Origin: Vicinamibacterales bacterium
Lineage (GTDB): Bacteria; Acidobacteriota; Vicinamibacteria; Vicinamibacterales; UBA2999
Direction of reading: 5' to 3'
Assembly: GCA_050246635.1 (NCBI GenBank)
Contig: JBFWVR010000002.1
Coordinates: 145,905 to 209,904 of the forward strand
Length of the DNA stretch: 64,000 bases
A program made the position numbers and the translations under genes. The notes beneath the pieces are model-generated. The model was not told the origin of the DNA, did not search any database, and saw nothing but the letters and a program-made list of their open reading frames with translations. Of the stretch, positions 19,168 through 29,365 are shown piece after piece. Position 1 is the first letter of the stretch, and each line of letters starts with the position of its first letter.

Positions 19168-19983
19168 CTATAAACGAGAGAGAAAGGCCGAGAGCCGCTC
19201 GCCGAACGCCTGCGGCTGCTCGAGGCTCGACAGGTGCCCCGCCGCCGGGATGACCGCCAGCTCGGCCCCGGGCGCCTGCGCCGCCATCGCCTCGGCATCG
19301 GATACCGGCGTGAGGGTGTCCTCGGCCCCGACCACGATCAGCAGGGGCACCGCCAGGGTGCCGAGCTCGCGAGACGAGTCCGGGCGGTCCATCATGCGCC
19401 GGATGGCCCCACGCACCGCCTCGGGCGACTGCTGGATGATGATGCGCCGCACGGTGGGCTCGAGGGCCCCGGCCTCGCGGGTGGTCGCGCCGAGGAGCTT
19501 CGGCATCATGTCGCGGCCGACGGCGCCAACGCCTTCACGGTCCACCTGCGCCAGCATCGACCGCCGGTTCGCCCGGCCTTCGGGCGAATCGGCCGTCGCA
19601 CGCGTGTCCACGAGGACCACCCCACGGACGAGCTCGGGCGCGCGCCGCAGCACCGCGAAGGTGACATACCCGCCCATCGAGACCCCGCCGACCACGGCCC
19701 CCGGGACGCCGAGCTCCGTGAGCAACGTGACCACGTCACGCGCGTAGTCGTCGATCTCGGCGCCACGATCGGTCTCCTCGATATCCGAGGAACCGCCGAA
19801 CCCGGCGAGATCGGGCGCGAGCACCCGCCAACCGGCGGGCGGCTGCTTGAGCTGGGGCTCGAACATCGCCGCCGAGAGCGGAAAGGCGTGCAGCAGCACG
19901 AGCACCGGCAGGGACGCCTCCGCCGGCGCGGTGTCGAGATACGCAATCGTCCGATCGCCGGTGTGGAGATATTGGCGGTGCAC
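19168..19983 (-). CDS. Alpha/beta hydrolase
   Basis: VLVLLHAFPLSAAMF, nucleophile elbow GVSMGG, C-terminal AGHLSSLEQP. GTG at 19983 chosen as the first start downstream of the 13-mer array; the start is uncertain. Confidence 0.75.
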   Translation of the reverse strand: MHRQYLHTGDRTIAYLDTAPAEASLPVLVLLHAFPLSAAMFEPQLKQPPAGWRVLAPDLAGFGGSSDIEETDRGAEIDDYARDVVTLLTELGVPGAVVGGVSMGGYVTFAVLRRAPELVRGVVLVDTRATADSPEGRANRRSMLAQVDREGVGAVGRDMMPKLLGATTREAGALEPTVRRIIIQQSPEAVRGAIRRMMDRPDSSRELGTLAVPLLIVVGAEDTLTPVSDAEAMAAQAPGAELAVIPAAGHLSSLEQPQAFGERLSAFLSRL

Positions 19984-20005
19984 GGTCTGATTGTATACGC
20001 CGGAG

Positions 20006-20239
20006 GTGCTGCACGAGGGTGCGGCACGCAGGTGCGGCACGGGGGTGCGGCACGGAGGTGCGGCACGGGGGTGCGGCACGAAGGTGCGGCACGGAGGTGC
20101 GGCACGAGGGTGCGGCGCGGGGGTGCGGCACGGGGGTGCGGCACGGAGGTGCGGCACGGAGGTGCGGCACGAGGGTGCGGCGCGGGGGTGCGGCACGCAG
20201 GTGCGGCACGGGGGTGCGGCACGGCGGTGCGGGACGTGT
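20006..20239. repeat. 13-mer tandem repeat GTGCGGCAC-GRRG, 18 units
   Basis: Strict 13-nt register from 20006. The variable 4-nt purine tail is GAGG/GCAG/GGGG/GGAG/GAAG. Fills the gap between the ADOP stop (20239) and the hydrolase start. Confidence 0.95.
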
Positions 20240-22662
20240 CAGTCTGCGCGCAGTGCCACTGCGGGGTCGACGCGCATCGCGCGGCGGGCGGGGACGAGGC
20301 AGGCGATGGCTCCCGCGGCCACGAGGAGCAGCGCCACCACCACATAGGGCATCGGGTCGGCCGCGCTCACGCCGAAGAGCAGGCCCGAGAGCAGGCGTCC
20401 CGTCGCCGCGGCGAGGGCCAGCCCCACGAGAATGCCGACGCCCACCTGCAGCATGCCCTGCCCCACGACCATCCCGAGCACCTGTGCCGGGCTGGCGCCG
20501 ATGGCCATGCGCACGCCGATCTCCTGCGTTCGCTGGCTCACCGCGTGGCTCAGCACACCGAACACCCCGATGGCCGCGAGCAGCAGGCCGGACGAGGCGA
20601 GCCCCGACAGCAGCCAGGCCAGCGACCGCGGCGTCGCCATGCTCTCGTCCACGACACTGGCCATGCTCCGTGTGTCGAAGAACGGCAGCGCCGGATCCAG
20701 CCGCCGAATCGTGCCCCCCAGCGCGCCAAGCGCCGCTTCCGGGGCTTCTTCCGCCCGCGCCACCAGGGCAATCTCCCGGAAGGCCGGCACCTGCCGGAGG
20801 CTGACGAAGAAGGTCGGCGTGGGCTCGACGTCGAGTCCCGAGTGCCGGTCGTCGCCCACGACCCCGACCACCTCGAAGACGCCGCTGGCGTTGCCGATAC
20901 GCACGGGCCGTCCCAGCGGATCCTCGTCGCCGAAGATCATCGTGGCCAGCCGGCGGTTGACGACCAGCACGCGCGGCGAGCCGGCCACGTCGCGGGCCTC
21001 GATGCCGCGGCCCGCCAGGACAGGCATGCCCAGCGCGTCGAAGTAGCCCTCCGTGATCCACGCGACGTTGCTGTGCGGCCGCGCCTCGGCGTCTGGCGCG
21101 GGCCGGTCGTCGCGCCAGAACTCAGTGCCCTGCCGGTTGTCGGCCAGCGGGATCGCCTCGCTGGCGCCGACGGCCGACAGGCCCGGCAACCGGCGCGCGT
21201 CGGTGAGCAACCGCTCGAGGAACTGGGTGCGCGCCGCGCCATCGACATAACGCGCGGCCGGAAGGTTCACGCGCCCGGTGACGACATGGTCCGGCTGGAA
21301 ACCCGGATCCACCCCACGCAGCGCGCGGAAGCTCTCGACGAGCAGGCCGGCCGTCACCAGCAGGCCCATCGCCAGCGCCACCTGCCCGACCACCAGCCCC
21401 TGCTGCAGGCGCAGGCCACCGCTGCCCGGGGCCGCGCCGCGCTCGTTGAGCCAGTCGCGGAGGCCGGCGCGCACCACGCGAAGCGCTGGCGCGAGTCCGG
21501 CCAGAATGGCGGCGGCCATCGACACGACGACGGCAAATGCCAGGGCCCGCGGATCGAGGGCCACCTCGCGCAGGCCCGGCACCGTCGCGGGCCCGAACCG
21601 GGCGATGATCCGGACGAGCGCAGCGGCAAGGAGCACGCCCGCCGCGCCTCCGGTGATCGCCAGGGCCAGCGACTCGACGATGACCTGGCGGGCCAGGCGT
21701 GCACGGCTCGCGCCGAGTGCCGTCCGCACCGCGAACTCCCGGCGCCGCCCGACACCGCGCGCGAGGAGCAGGTTGGCCACATTTGCCGACGCCAGCAGCA
21801 ACATGAAGCCAACGGCCAGCGACAGCAGCAGCATCGAACGACGGCTCGCCGCCGTCACCTCCTCGGTGAGGGGGTGGACCACGGCCCGCCAGTCCCGGTA
21901 ATCCGGGTGCTCCTGTTCGATCTGGGCCTGGATGGCATCCACCTCCCGCGCGGCGGCCTCCACTGTCACGCCGGGCCGCAGGCGGCCGACGACGCCGAGG
22001 TAATGGGCCCCTCGTTGCCCTGCTTCGAGATCGGTGCCGTGCGGAATCCAGAGTTCGGCGCGTTCGGCGGGCGGCGGGCCGTTGAGCGTGATCGGCGGCG
22101 GGCACTCGAACCCGGGCGGCATCACGCCGACGATGGTCGTGGGCCGGCCGTCGATGGCCACGGTGGTGCCGAGCACGGCGGGGTCGGCGGCGAAGCGCCG
22201 GCGCCACAAGCCATCGCTGAGCAGCGCGACGGCCGGCGCGTTGGCGCGATCCTCCTCGGGCCGGAAGAGCCGGCCCAGGCGCGGCTGGACGCCCAGCGCC
22301 TCCAGCAGCCCCGCGGTCACCCAGGCGCCAGGCACCTGCTCGGGATCGGTCCCCCCGACCGTGAGGCTCCGTCGGGAGAAGCCGCCGAGCGCCTCGAACG
22401 ACCGGGCCCGTGCCCGCCACTCCGCGAGGTTCGGCGGCGAGGCATACATGATCGGCAGCGGGATGTTCGGCGAGGTCTCCCAGACGGCCACGAGCCGGTC
22501 GGGCTCCGGGACCCGCAGCGGCCTCAGCAGCGCACGATCCACGACCGCGAAGATGGCCGTGTTGGCGCCAATCCCCAGCGCAAGCGTCACGACCGCGACG
22601 ACGGCAAAAGCGGGCCGGCGGATGAGCAGGCGGAGGCCGTGGCGAAGGTCCTGCAGCAGCAT
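20239..22662 (-). CDS. ADOP-family ABC-type permease (duplicated MacB/FtsX-like)
   Basis: [42 protein letters not shown]. Two MacB_PCD + FtsX halves. No ATPase gene nearby. Confidence 0.85.
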   Translation of the reverse strand: MLLQDLRHGLRLLIRRPAFAVVAVVTLALGIGANTAIFAVVDRALLRPLRVPEPDRLVAVWETSPNIPLPIMYASPPNLAEWRARARSFEALGGFSRRSLTVGGTDPEQVPGAWVTAGLLEALGVQPRLGRLFRPEEDRANAPAVALLSDGLWRRRFAADPAVLGTTVAIDGRPTTIVGVMPPGFECPPPITLNGPPPAERAELWIPHGTDLEAGQRGAHYLGVVGRLRPGVTVEAAAREVDAIQAQIEQEHPDYRDWRAVVHPLTEEVTAASRRSMLLLSLAVGFMLLLASANVANLLLARGVGRRREFAVRTALGASRARLARQVIVESLALAITGGAAGVLLAAALVRIIARFGPATVPGLREVALDPRALAFAVVVSMAAAILAGLAPALRVVRAGLRDWLNERGAAPGSGGLRLQQGLVVGQVALAMGLLVTAGLLVESFRALRGVDPGFQPDHVVTGRVNLPAARYVDGAARTQFLERLLTDARRLPGLSAVGASEAIPLADNRQGTEFWRDDRPAPDAEARPHSNVAWITEGYFDALGMPVLAGRGIEARDVAGSPRVLVVNRRLATMIFGDEDPLGRPVRIGNASGVFEVVGVVGDDRHSGLDVEPTPTFFVSLRQVPAFREIALVARAEEAPEAALGALGGTIRRLDPALPFFDTRSMASVVDESMATPRSLAWLLSGLASSGLLLAAIGVFGVLSHAVSQRTQEIGVRMAIGASPAQVLGMVVGQGMLQVGVGILVGLALAAATGRLLSGLLFGVSAADPMPYVVVALLLVAAGAIACLVPARRAMRVDPAVALRAD

Positions 22663-22709
22663 GGGGACAGTCTCCTCCTCCGGTTGGACGAGATCGAGCC
22701 CCGGGACGC

Positions 22710-25379
22710 TTACAGCTGATCCGTACGAAGTGTCGTCGCGGGATCGATGCGGGCGGCCCGCCGGGCGGGGAGCCAGCTGGCGCCGAGCGCCACGAGCGTG
22801 AGCCCGCCCGTGACCGCAGCGTAGGTCACCAGGTCGGTGTGCTCCACGCCGTACAGCAGGCTCGACAGCAGTCGCGTCGCGAAGACCGCCGCCAGCGCCC
22901 CGAGCGCCACCCCCGCCACTGCCAGGCGGCCCGCCTGCCCCACGATCATCGCGACCACGTCGCCGCGCCGCGCGCCGAGGGCGATGCGGATGCCGATCTC
23001 CCGCGTGCGCGCCGCGACGGCGTGCGCGAGCACCCCGTAGAGGCCGATGGCCGCGAGGAGCACCGCCGTGCCGGCGAAGACCGCGAGGACCAACATCAAC
23101 AGGCGCGGTTGCGCCGTGGCGCCGCTGGCCACCTGCGCCAGCGACCGGACCTCGAAGAGCGGCAGGTCGGGGTCGAGCGACGCCAGGATCTCGCGCGCCG
23201 GCGGAATCACGGCGGACGGTTCACCCGCCGTCCGGATGGCCATGGTCAGCCCGTCCATCGGGTACTGCGCGTGCGCGAGATAGACCGTCGGCTCCGGTTC
23301 GCTCGCGGGCCCGTCGTCCAGCACGTCGTTCACGACACCCACGACCTGCCCGCCGACCCGGTCGCCGCCGAGGCCGAGTCGCGTGCCCAGTCGCAGCTCG
23401 TGTCCCAGCGGCACGTCACCGGGCCACAGCAGCCGCGCCGCCGCCTCGCTGACCACCATCACCTGCGAGGTGTTCAGCCGGTCGGCATCGGTAAAGCCGC
23501 GCCCCCGGAGCAGCCGCATCCCGACGGCCTCGAAGTACCCCGGGGTGACCACGCGGAGTTGCACGCTCAGGCGGTCCTGCTCCTCGTCCGGGAGGCGCTG
23601 GCCGTCGACGATGGACGTCGAGAAGTAATAGCTGTAGCTCGTCAGCGGCAGGCCGATCGTGCCACCGACGGCCTCCACGCCGGGACGCTGGCGCAGGCGC
23701 GTCAGCAGCGATTCCACGAACGCGGCACGCTGGCGCGGCTCGGGGTAGCGGGAGTCGGGCAGCGAGAACGTGAACGTCTGCACACCGCGCGGGTCGACCC
23801 CGGTGTCGACCGCGGCGAGGCGGGCGAACGACCGCGCCAGCAGCCCCGCGCCGACGAGCAGGACGACCGCCAACGCGGTTTCCAGCACGATGAGCCCGCC
23901 GCGCGCCCGCTGCCGGCCGCGGTTGCCCGTCGCCCCGCCGCCCTCCTCGCGCAGGCGGCTGACCACGTCGCCGACACGCGATGCCTGCCAGGCGGGCACC
24001 GCGCCGAACAGCACCGCCACGGCCAGCGACAGCAGGGCGGTGAACAGCAGGACCGTTCCGTCGACATGGGCCTGGTCGAGCAGCGGCACACCGAGGTTGG
24101 CGTCGGCGTTCGCGCGGGCGATGAGGGCCGTTCCCCAGACGGCCAGCAACAGGCCCGCGGTTCCGCCGGCCGCGGCGAGCACCGCGCTCTCGACCAGCAG
24201 GCTCCGCAACAGGCGTGGGCGGTCGGCGCCGACGGCCGCGCGAATCGCCAGCTCACGGCTCCGGCCGACGGCGCGTGTCAGCACCAGGCCAGCGACGTTC
24301 ACGCACACGATCAGCAGCACGAACCCGACCGCCCCGACGAGCACCAGCATGGCGGGACGCACGCGCCCCACGAGGGCGTCGCGCAGGCCGTGCACCGACA
24401 CGGTCTGGTCGCGGTCCTGGCTCGGGTACGCCACGGCGAGTCGCGATGCGATGCCGCGCAGGTCCGCGCGCGCGGCAGCAGGCGTCTGCCCCGCATCGAC
24501 ACGACCCACGACGCTCAGGTAATGTGCGCCGCGCTGTGTCGCCAGGTCGTCCGCGTCGAAACGCAAGGGCAACCAGACCTCCGCCTCGAGCGGATAGCCG
24601 AACCCGTCGGGCATCACGCCGACGACTTCGCGGCTGATGCCGTCCAGCAGGATCCGCCGGCCCACCACGTCCTCACGTCCGCCGAACCGGCGTTGCCACA
24701 AGCCGTGCGACAGCACGGCAATCGCCCCCCCGCCGACCGCATCGTCGTCCGGCCCGATCGTGCGCCCGAGCGCACTCCGCACGCCCATCGTCGGGAAGAA
24801 GCCGCCGGTCACGTACGCCGCGGGAATCTGGGTGGGCTCCCCGTCTCCCGTGAGAGGCACAGAGGTGCTGTAGTAGGCGCCGAGCTCGGCGAGCGTGCGG
24901 TTCTCGGCCCGGTAGTCGGTGAAGTCGGGCGGTGACAGCGTCCCACCGACGCGATCGGGGTTGCTGGTCGGCGTGGTGTAGACGCGAACCAGGCGGTCCG
25001 GCTCGGGGTACGGGAGCGGACGCGCCAGCACCGTGTATGCGGCGCTGAAGATGGCCGCGTTCGCCCCGATGCCGAGGGCCAGCGTGAGGATCGTGACGAG
25101 GGCGAAGCCCGGGCGGCGAGCCAGGGCGCGGACGGCGTGACGTAGATCCTGCACCAGCATCTCGAGCCTCCAGTGGTCCCACCTGAGCCAGAGCGCGTGG
25201 GCGATGCTGCCGACGCTCCTCGCCAGGAGTCGCAGCTCTGCCCGGACGTCAGCCGCGTGGCGACTCGCACTCGCCAGCTCCGCGCGCCATTCGCGCCGCC
25301 AGTCGGCGCGGCAGGCCTCGGGCACGATTGCACTCGCGCCACGCACGATGGCGGCCGCGATTCGGGAGATCGTGGTCAT
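22710..25379 (-). CDS. ADOP-family permease with ~70-aa N-terminal extension
   Basis: [38 protein letters not shown] follows the extension ([14 protein letters not shown]). Its ATG overlaps the upstream stop (ATGA). Confidence 0.85.
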   Translation of the reverse strand: MTTISRIAAAIVRGASAIVPEACRADWRREWRAELASASRHAADVRAELRLLARSVGSIAHALWLRWDHWRLEMLVQDLRHAVRALARRPGFALVTILTLALGIGANAAIFSAAYTVLARPLPYPEPDRLVRVYTTPTSNPDRVGGTLSPPDFTDYRAENRTLAELGAYYSTSVPLTGDGEPTQIPAAYVTGGFFPTMGVRSALGRTIGPDDDAVGGGAIAVLSHGLWQRRFGGREDVVGRRILLDGISREVVGVMPDGFGYPLEAEVWLPLRFDADDLATQRGAHYLSVVGRVDAGQTPAAARADLRGIASRLAVAYPSQDRDQTVSVHGLRDALVGRVRPAMLVLVGAVGFVLLIVCVNVAGLVLTRAVGRSRELAIRAAVGADRPRLLRSLLVESAVLAAAGGTAGLLLAVWGTALIARANADANLGVPLLDQAHVDGTVLLFTALLSLAVAVLFGAVPAWQASRVGDVVSRLREEGGGATGNRGRQRARGGLIVLETALAVVLLVGAGLLARSFARLAAVDTGVDPRGVQTFTFSLPDSRYPEPRQRAAFVESLLTRLRQRPGVEAVGGTIGLPLTSYSYYFSTSIVDGQRLPDEEQDRLSVQLRVVTPGYFEAVGMRLLRGRGFTDADRLNTSQVMVVSEAAARLLWPGDVPLGHELRLGTRLGLGGDRVGGQVVGVVNDVLDDGPASEPEPTVYLAHAQYPMDGLTMAIRTAGEPSAVIPPAREILASLDPDLPLFEVRSLAQVASGATAQPRLLMLVLAVFAGTAVLLAAIGLYGVLAHAVAARTREIGIRIALGARRGDVVAMIVGQAGRLAVAGVALGALAAVFATRLLSSLLYGVEHTDLVTYAAVTGGLTLVALGASWLPARRAARIDPATTLRTDQL

Positions 25380-28030
25380 TCGGCCCGCAGCGTCACGGCA
25401 GGATCGGTCCCGACCGCCCGGCGAAGCGGAACCACCGCCGCGAGGCCGGCGGCCACCAGCAGGACGGCCACCGCGGCCGAGAGCGCCGCCGGATCCGTGG
25501 GCGCCACCTCGAACCAGAGCCCCCGCGCGAGGTCGAGCAACGCCACGGCGGCACCGAGCCCAATGAGCAACCCGGTCAGCACCAGCCGCACCGCCTCGAA
25601 CCCGATGAGCCGGCCGACGTCGCGACGGGTCGCGCCGAGGGCCATGCGGATCCCCATCTCACGCGTGCGCCGGGCCACGCCCATCGAGATCACCCCGAAC
25701 AGGCCGATGCCGGCCAGCGCCAGCGCCGTGACCGCGAAACCGGCGATCAGCGCGGACGAGAAGCGGCGTGGCGCCACCGTCCCGGCCACGACCGCTTCGA
25801 GCGGCGCGAGGTCGTACGCCGGCACCAGCGGATCGATGTCCGCGAGGGCGTCGCGTACGGCGCCGGTGAGGGCCGTCGGATCCACGCCGGCGGCGCGCAC
25901 GACGACCGTCATCCGGCCCGCGGGCGATTGCCGGTGCGAGTCGTAGGCCTCCGGTTGCACCGGAGCATCGAGGCCGTCCTGCTTCTCGTTGCCGACCACA
26001 CCGACGATGGTGAGCCAGTGCTGGTCGGCCGCGCCCGGCCGATCGTAGGCAATGCGTTGCCCGACCGGGTCTTCGCCCGCGAAGTACCGATCGACGAGCG
26101 CCTGGTTGACGATGCAGACGGGCGGCGACGTCGCCGTGTCCTGTGGCCCGAAGGGCCGGCCGGCGACGAGGGGCACGCCGATCGCCTCGAAGTAGCCGTC
26201 GGTGACGTCCTTGTGCCGGAGCTCGCGCCCCCAGACCCCGGGCTGGCGCTCGATCGCGAGATCGCCGGTCCACTGGTAGCCCTCGAGTGCCATGCGCGTG
26301 GAGGCGCCGGCCACCGCGACGCCTGGAATCGCCGCAAGGCGCGCTTCGAGCGCGTCGAAGTACCGCGACCGCACGCGGTCGTCTCCGTAGCGCTCGCCCG
26401 CGAGCGTAACGTGGAACGTGAGGGCACCGGACGGCTCGAAGCCGGGATCGACCGCCAGCAGGCGGTCGAGGCTGCGCAGCGTGAGCGCCGCCGCCGCGAG
26501 CAGGACGACCGCGACGGCGACTTCGCCGATCACGAGCAGCCGCCGCGCCTGCCAGGCGCCCGCCGACGTGCTGCGCGTCCCGGCATGCAGGGCATCGGCC
26601 GTGGTGTCTCGCGCGCTGCGGAGCGCGGGCAGGAGACCGGCCAGCACCGTCGTCGCGGCGGCGAGCGCGGCGACGAAGGCCGTCGCGCGCCAGTCGACGC
26701 CGACCTCCGAAAGGCGCGGGAGCGCGGGCGGCGCCGCGAGCACGAGCACCCGCACGAGTCCGACGGCCAGGGCGAGCCCCGCGGCCGACCCGAGGACCGA
26801 CAGGAGCAGGCTCTCGGCCAGGAGCTGCCGCAGCAGGCGGGCCCGGCTCGCGCCGAGTGCCATGCGCACCGCCATCTCGCGCCCCCGCTCGAGCCCGCGA
26901 GCCAGCAGGAGCCCGGCGACGTTCGCGCACACGACCAGGAGCACCAGGCCGAGCGCCGAGGCAAAGGCCAGCAGCACCGGACGCACCGGCCCGACGAACC
27001 AGCTCTTCAGCGGCCCGACGCCGACACCCATGTGCGTGTTGGTGTCGGGATAGGCCTGCTCGAGCTCGCGCGCGATTACGTCCATCTCGGCCTGCGCCGC
27101 CGTCACGGTCACGCCAGGCGCCAGGCGCGCGATCGCCCGCACGTAGTGAGCCAGCCGGCGGCTCCAGTCCTGCGGACCGAAACCGAGTGGCATCCACAGG
27201 TCGATGGCGGCGTTGTCGAAGACGAACGCCGCAGGCATCACACCGATCACCTCGACGGGCGTGCCGTTCAACTCCACGCGCCGGCCGACGATGTCCGCCG
27301 CCCCACCGAATCGCTGCTGCCACAGCCGGTGGCTCAGCACCACCGCCCGGCGCTCGCCGGGCTGGTCGTCGTCCGGACGGAACGTCCGCCCGAGCTGCGG
27401 CGCGGCGCCAAGCAGGTCGAAGAACCCGGCCGAGACACGGCTCGCGCGCAGGACCTCCGCCGTCGAGCCGTCGCCGAGCGTGACGAGGCTCGAGCCCGCG
27501 CCGCGTCCCTGCTCGCCGACGTAGACGGCCCATCCGTCGAACGAGCGGGCCTGCGCCTGCCAGTCCTTGAGGTTCGCGGGCGCGATGGTGGCCTCCGTCC
27601 AGCCCAGATCGGGGTTCGTCTCCCAGAGCTGCACGAGCCGATCGGGCTGGGCATACGGGAGCGGCCTCAGCAGCACCGCGTCCACGACCGTGAAGATGGC
27701 CGCGTTGGCGCCGATGCCGATGGCCAGTGTCAGCGCCGTCACCACGGTGAACGTCGGGCGGTGCGCGAGCGTGCGCCACGCGTGCCGGATGTCCTGCCAC
27801 AACATGCCGTGCCTCCAGGGCTCGCACCGGAGCCAGATCGCGTGGATGAGCGCACCGGCAAGGCGCCGGCCGAGTATCGCGTCGCGACCGTGCGTGGCGG
27901 CACGCCATGCCGCCTCGGCGCGCCACTCGCGCAGCCAGTCGGCGCGCCACGCGCCAGGGACGAGCCGTGCCACCGCACGCAGGTACCGATCGAGCGACAC
28001 CGGCACGCGGGCGGGGTCGGTCGTGGTCAT
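25376..28030 (-). CDS. ADOP-family permease with N-terminal extension
   Basis: ATG at 28030 overlaps the padR stop (ATGA). WRADWLREWRAEAA extension, then [38 protein letters not shown]. Confidence 0.85.
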   Translation of the reverse strand: MTTTDPARVPVSLDRYLRAVARLVPGAWRADWLREWRAEAAWRAATHGRDAILGRRLAGALIHAIWLRCEPWRHGMLWQDIRHAWRTLAHRPTFTVVTALTLAIGIGANAAIFTVVDAVLLRPLPYAQPDRLVQLWETNPDLGWTEATIAPANLKDWQAQARSFDGWAVYVGEQGRGAGSSLVTLGDGSTAEVLRASRVSAGFFDLLGAAPQLGRTFRPDDDQPGERRAVVLSHRLWQQRFGGAADIVGRRVELNGTPVEVIGVMPAAFVFDNAAIDLWMPLGFGPQDWSRRLAHYVRAIARLAPGVTVTAAQAEMDVIARELEQAYPDTNTHMGVGVGPLKSWFVGPVRPVLLAFASALGLVLLVVCANVAGLLLARGLERGREMAVRMALGASRARLLRQLLAESLLLSVLGSAAGLALAVGLVRVLVLAAPPALPRLSEVGVDWRATAFVAALAAATTVLAGLLPALRSARDTTADALHAGTRSTSAGAWQARRLLVIGEVAVAVVLLAAAALTLRSLDRLLAVDPGFEPSGALTFHVTLAGERYGDDRVRSRYFDALEARLAAIPGVAVAGASTRMALEGYQWTGDLAIERQPGVWGRELRHKDVTDGYFEAIGVPLVAGRPFGPQDTATSPPVCIVNQALVDRYFAGEDPVGQRIAYDRPGAADQHWLTIVGVVGNEKQDGLDAPVQPEAYDSHRQSPAGRMTVVVRAAGVDPTALTGAVRDALADIDPLVPAYDLAPLEAVVAGTVAPRRFSSALIAGFAVTALALAGIGLFGVISMGVARRTREMGIRMALGATRRDVGRLIGFEAVRLVLTGLLIGLGAAVALLDLARGLWFEVAPTDPAALSAAVAVLLVAAGLAAVVPLRRAVGTDPAVTLRAE

Positions 28031-28329
28031 GCCTGCGACCGCGCCGGCCGCGCCGGCAGCAGTGAGCGGTAGTGCGCCGCCGCTTCGTCGAGCGCCCGCA
28101 CCCCAGGCGAGGTGAGGCGGTAGTACCGCCTCGCGGGCCGGCCCTCGGCGTGCGCTGCTTCCTCGTCTTCCCACGCCGAGCGGAGATAGCCGTCGCGTTC
28201 GAGGCGGCTCAGGGCCGGATACACGGTGCCGCTGGGCAGCCCCGTGTGGTCGATGATGTCGAACCCGTACTCGACGCCGTCCCGGATGGCCTGGAGCACG
28301 GCAACAGCGGTGATGGAGAGGCGGCGCAC
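28027..28329 (-). CDS. PadR-family transcriptional regulator (acidobacterial type)
   Basis: AVLQAIRDGVEYGFDIIDHTGLPSGTVYPALSRLERDGYL is a winged-helix PadR signature. First gene of the padR-ADOPx3 string. GTG start. Confidence 0.85.
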   Translation of the reverse strand: MRRLSITAVAVLQAIRDGVEYGFDIIDHTGLPSGTVYPALSRLERDGYLRSAWEDEEAAHAEGRPARRYYRLTSPGVRALDEAAAHYRSLLPARPARSQA

Positions 28330-28331
28330 GG

Positions 28332-28352
28332 CATAGTAGTAATGCTACATAG
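28332..28352. promoter_or_regulatory. AT-rich island upstream of padR with GTAG-N5-CTAC dyad (candidate operator/promoter)
   Basis: CATAGTAGTAATGCTACATAG starts 3 nt upstream of the padR GTG. Contains an imperfect dyad at 28336-28348 and a CATAG direct repeat. Confidence 0.25.
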
Positions 28353-28412
28353 GGTCGCCGTCAAGACGCGTCGGGTGCGGTAGAGGATTACGGTGTGACG
28401 AATTCGGGGAGA

Positions 28413-28441
28413 GCAGAAAAGGGGTCAGACCCCTTTTCTGC
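28413..28441 (-). terminator. Hairpin terminator downstream of the RraA-like gene
   Basis: Perfect 12-bp stem GCAGAAAAGGGG / CCCCTTTTCTGC with loop TCAGA. The GGGG/CCCC core is followed by a U-rich run on either strand. Confidence 0.65.
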
Positions 28442-28609
28442 CGCACCCTCGTGCCGCACCCTCGTGTGGCACCTCCGTGCGGCACCTCCGTGCAGCACCT
28501 CCGTGCAGCACCTCCGTGCGCACCACCGTGTGGCACCCCCGTGCAGCACCTCCGTGCCGCACCCTCGTGTGGCACCACCGTGTGGCACCTCCGCGCGGCA
28601 CCTCCGTGC
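28438..28609. repeat. 13-mer tandem repeat GTGYRGCAC-CTCC, 13 units (one of 12 nt)
   Basis: Same family as 20006-20239 but in reverse-complement orientation, with a pyrimidine tail on the plus strand. Abuts the RraA-like stop codon at 28609. Confidence 0.95.
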
Positions 28610-29322
28610 TACGTCTCTATCGCCCCGCGCCGCGCGCGGATGTGATCACGGAACGTGAGATCGGGACTGGCCTTGCGCGCGGCCAGGTAGCCCTCGACGT
28701 CGAACTGCTGCCACAACCGCTCCCCGGCCGCCAGCCTGGCCGCCTGCCCCGCCTCCCGCTCCGCCAGCTGCCGCGCCATGTCCACGACCCGCACCACCTC
28801 CTTCGACTCCACCACCATCGCGCCATCGTCATCCAGGAAGATGACGTCGTCGCGCGTCACGGTGGTGTGGCTGCCGATGGAGGCGGCCTGGAGCGCGTGT
28901 GGGGATCGCTGGCGCAACTCCACGGGGCCGACCGGGCACGTGCCGAGTGACCACACCGGGATGCCGATCCGGCGGATGGCGGGCCCGTCACGGTGCGCGC
29001 CCCAGACCACGATGCCGGCCATGCCGGCCGCCAGCGCCTCGGCGGCAATCATGTCGCCGATACATCCTTCGTCCAGCCGGCCGACGTTCTCGATGACGAG
29101 CACGTCGCCGGGCGCCGCGTCGTGGATGGCCTCGAGGAACACGTCGACGCTCCCGGCATGTTTCGCCGGGCGCGCGGGACCGGCGACACGCTGCCCCTCC
29201 GCGATCGGACGGAGCCCCGACCCGGCCGTCCGCGGTGGCAGGCCGAGCGCCACGCAGGCGTCCGCGATGAAGGGGGTGGCCCAGTCGAAGCCGGCGAGCA
29301 GGTCGGACACGGAAGCGGTCAT
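28609..29322 (-). CDS. RraA-family protein (RraA/aldolase-like fold) with C-terminal extension
   Basis: GDVLVIENVGRLDEGCIGDMIAAEALAAGMAGIVVWGAHRD and IPVWSLGTCPVGP resemble the RraA/DlpA family. Confidence 0.7.
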   Translation of the reverse strand: MTASVSDLLAGFDWATPFIADACVALGLPPRTAGSGLRPIAEGQRVAGPARPAKHAGSVDVFLEAIHDAAPGDVLVIENVGRLDEGCIGDMIAAEALAAGMAGIVVWGAHRDGPAIRRIGIPVWSLGTCPVGPVELRQRSPHALQAASIGSHTTVTRDDVIFLDDDGAMVVESKEVVRVVDMARQLAEREAGQAARLAAGERLWQQFDVEGYLAARKASPDLTFRDHIRARRGAIET

Positions 29323-29365
29323 GGCCGCAGTATAGTCCGCGCCGCCGGCAGGCGCGCGGCCCGCA

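Noticed and set aside
20006-20239. The 13-mer arrays here and at 28438-28609 considered as CRISPR arrays
   Set aside because: The units are contiguous with no spacers, only 13 nt long and degenerate in a 4-nt tail. No cas genes are in the window.
19506-20345. Repeat-encoded peptides such as PHPRAAPPCRT... (also 28395-28658, 4497-4772 and 57120-58064 with SVFSVF...)
   Set aside because: They are simple read-through of the tandem arrays. The 13-mer is not a multiple of 3, so the apparent peptide repeat is a 39-nt artefact. There is no start or RBS context.
19234-22719. Very long antisense ORFs (this 1161-aa one, plus 25328-28072, 46964-49924, 52051-54255, 10652-12694 and the first 1200 codons of 41753-46099)
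   Set aside because: They lie opposite genes with strong family signatures and have Arg/Gly/Ala/Pro-biased low-complexity translations. This is typical stop-codon-poor shadow frames in ~70% GC DNA.
28464-28609. Sigma54-like GG-N10-GC pattern (TGGCACCTCCGTGC) generated by each 13-mer junction
   Set aside because: The -12 element is GTGC rather than TTGC. The pattern is an automatic consequence of the 13-nt period. It points antisense into the 3' end of the RraA-like gene.
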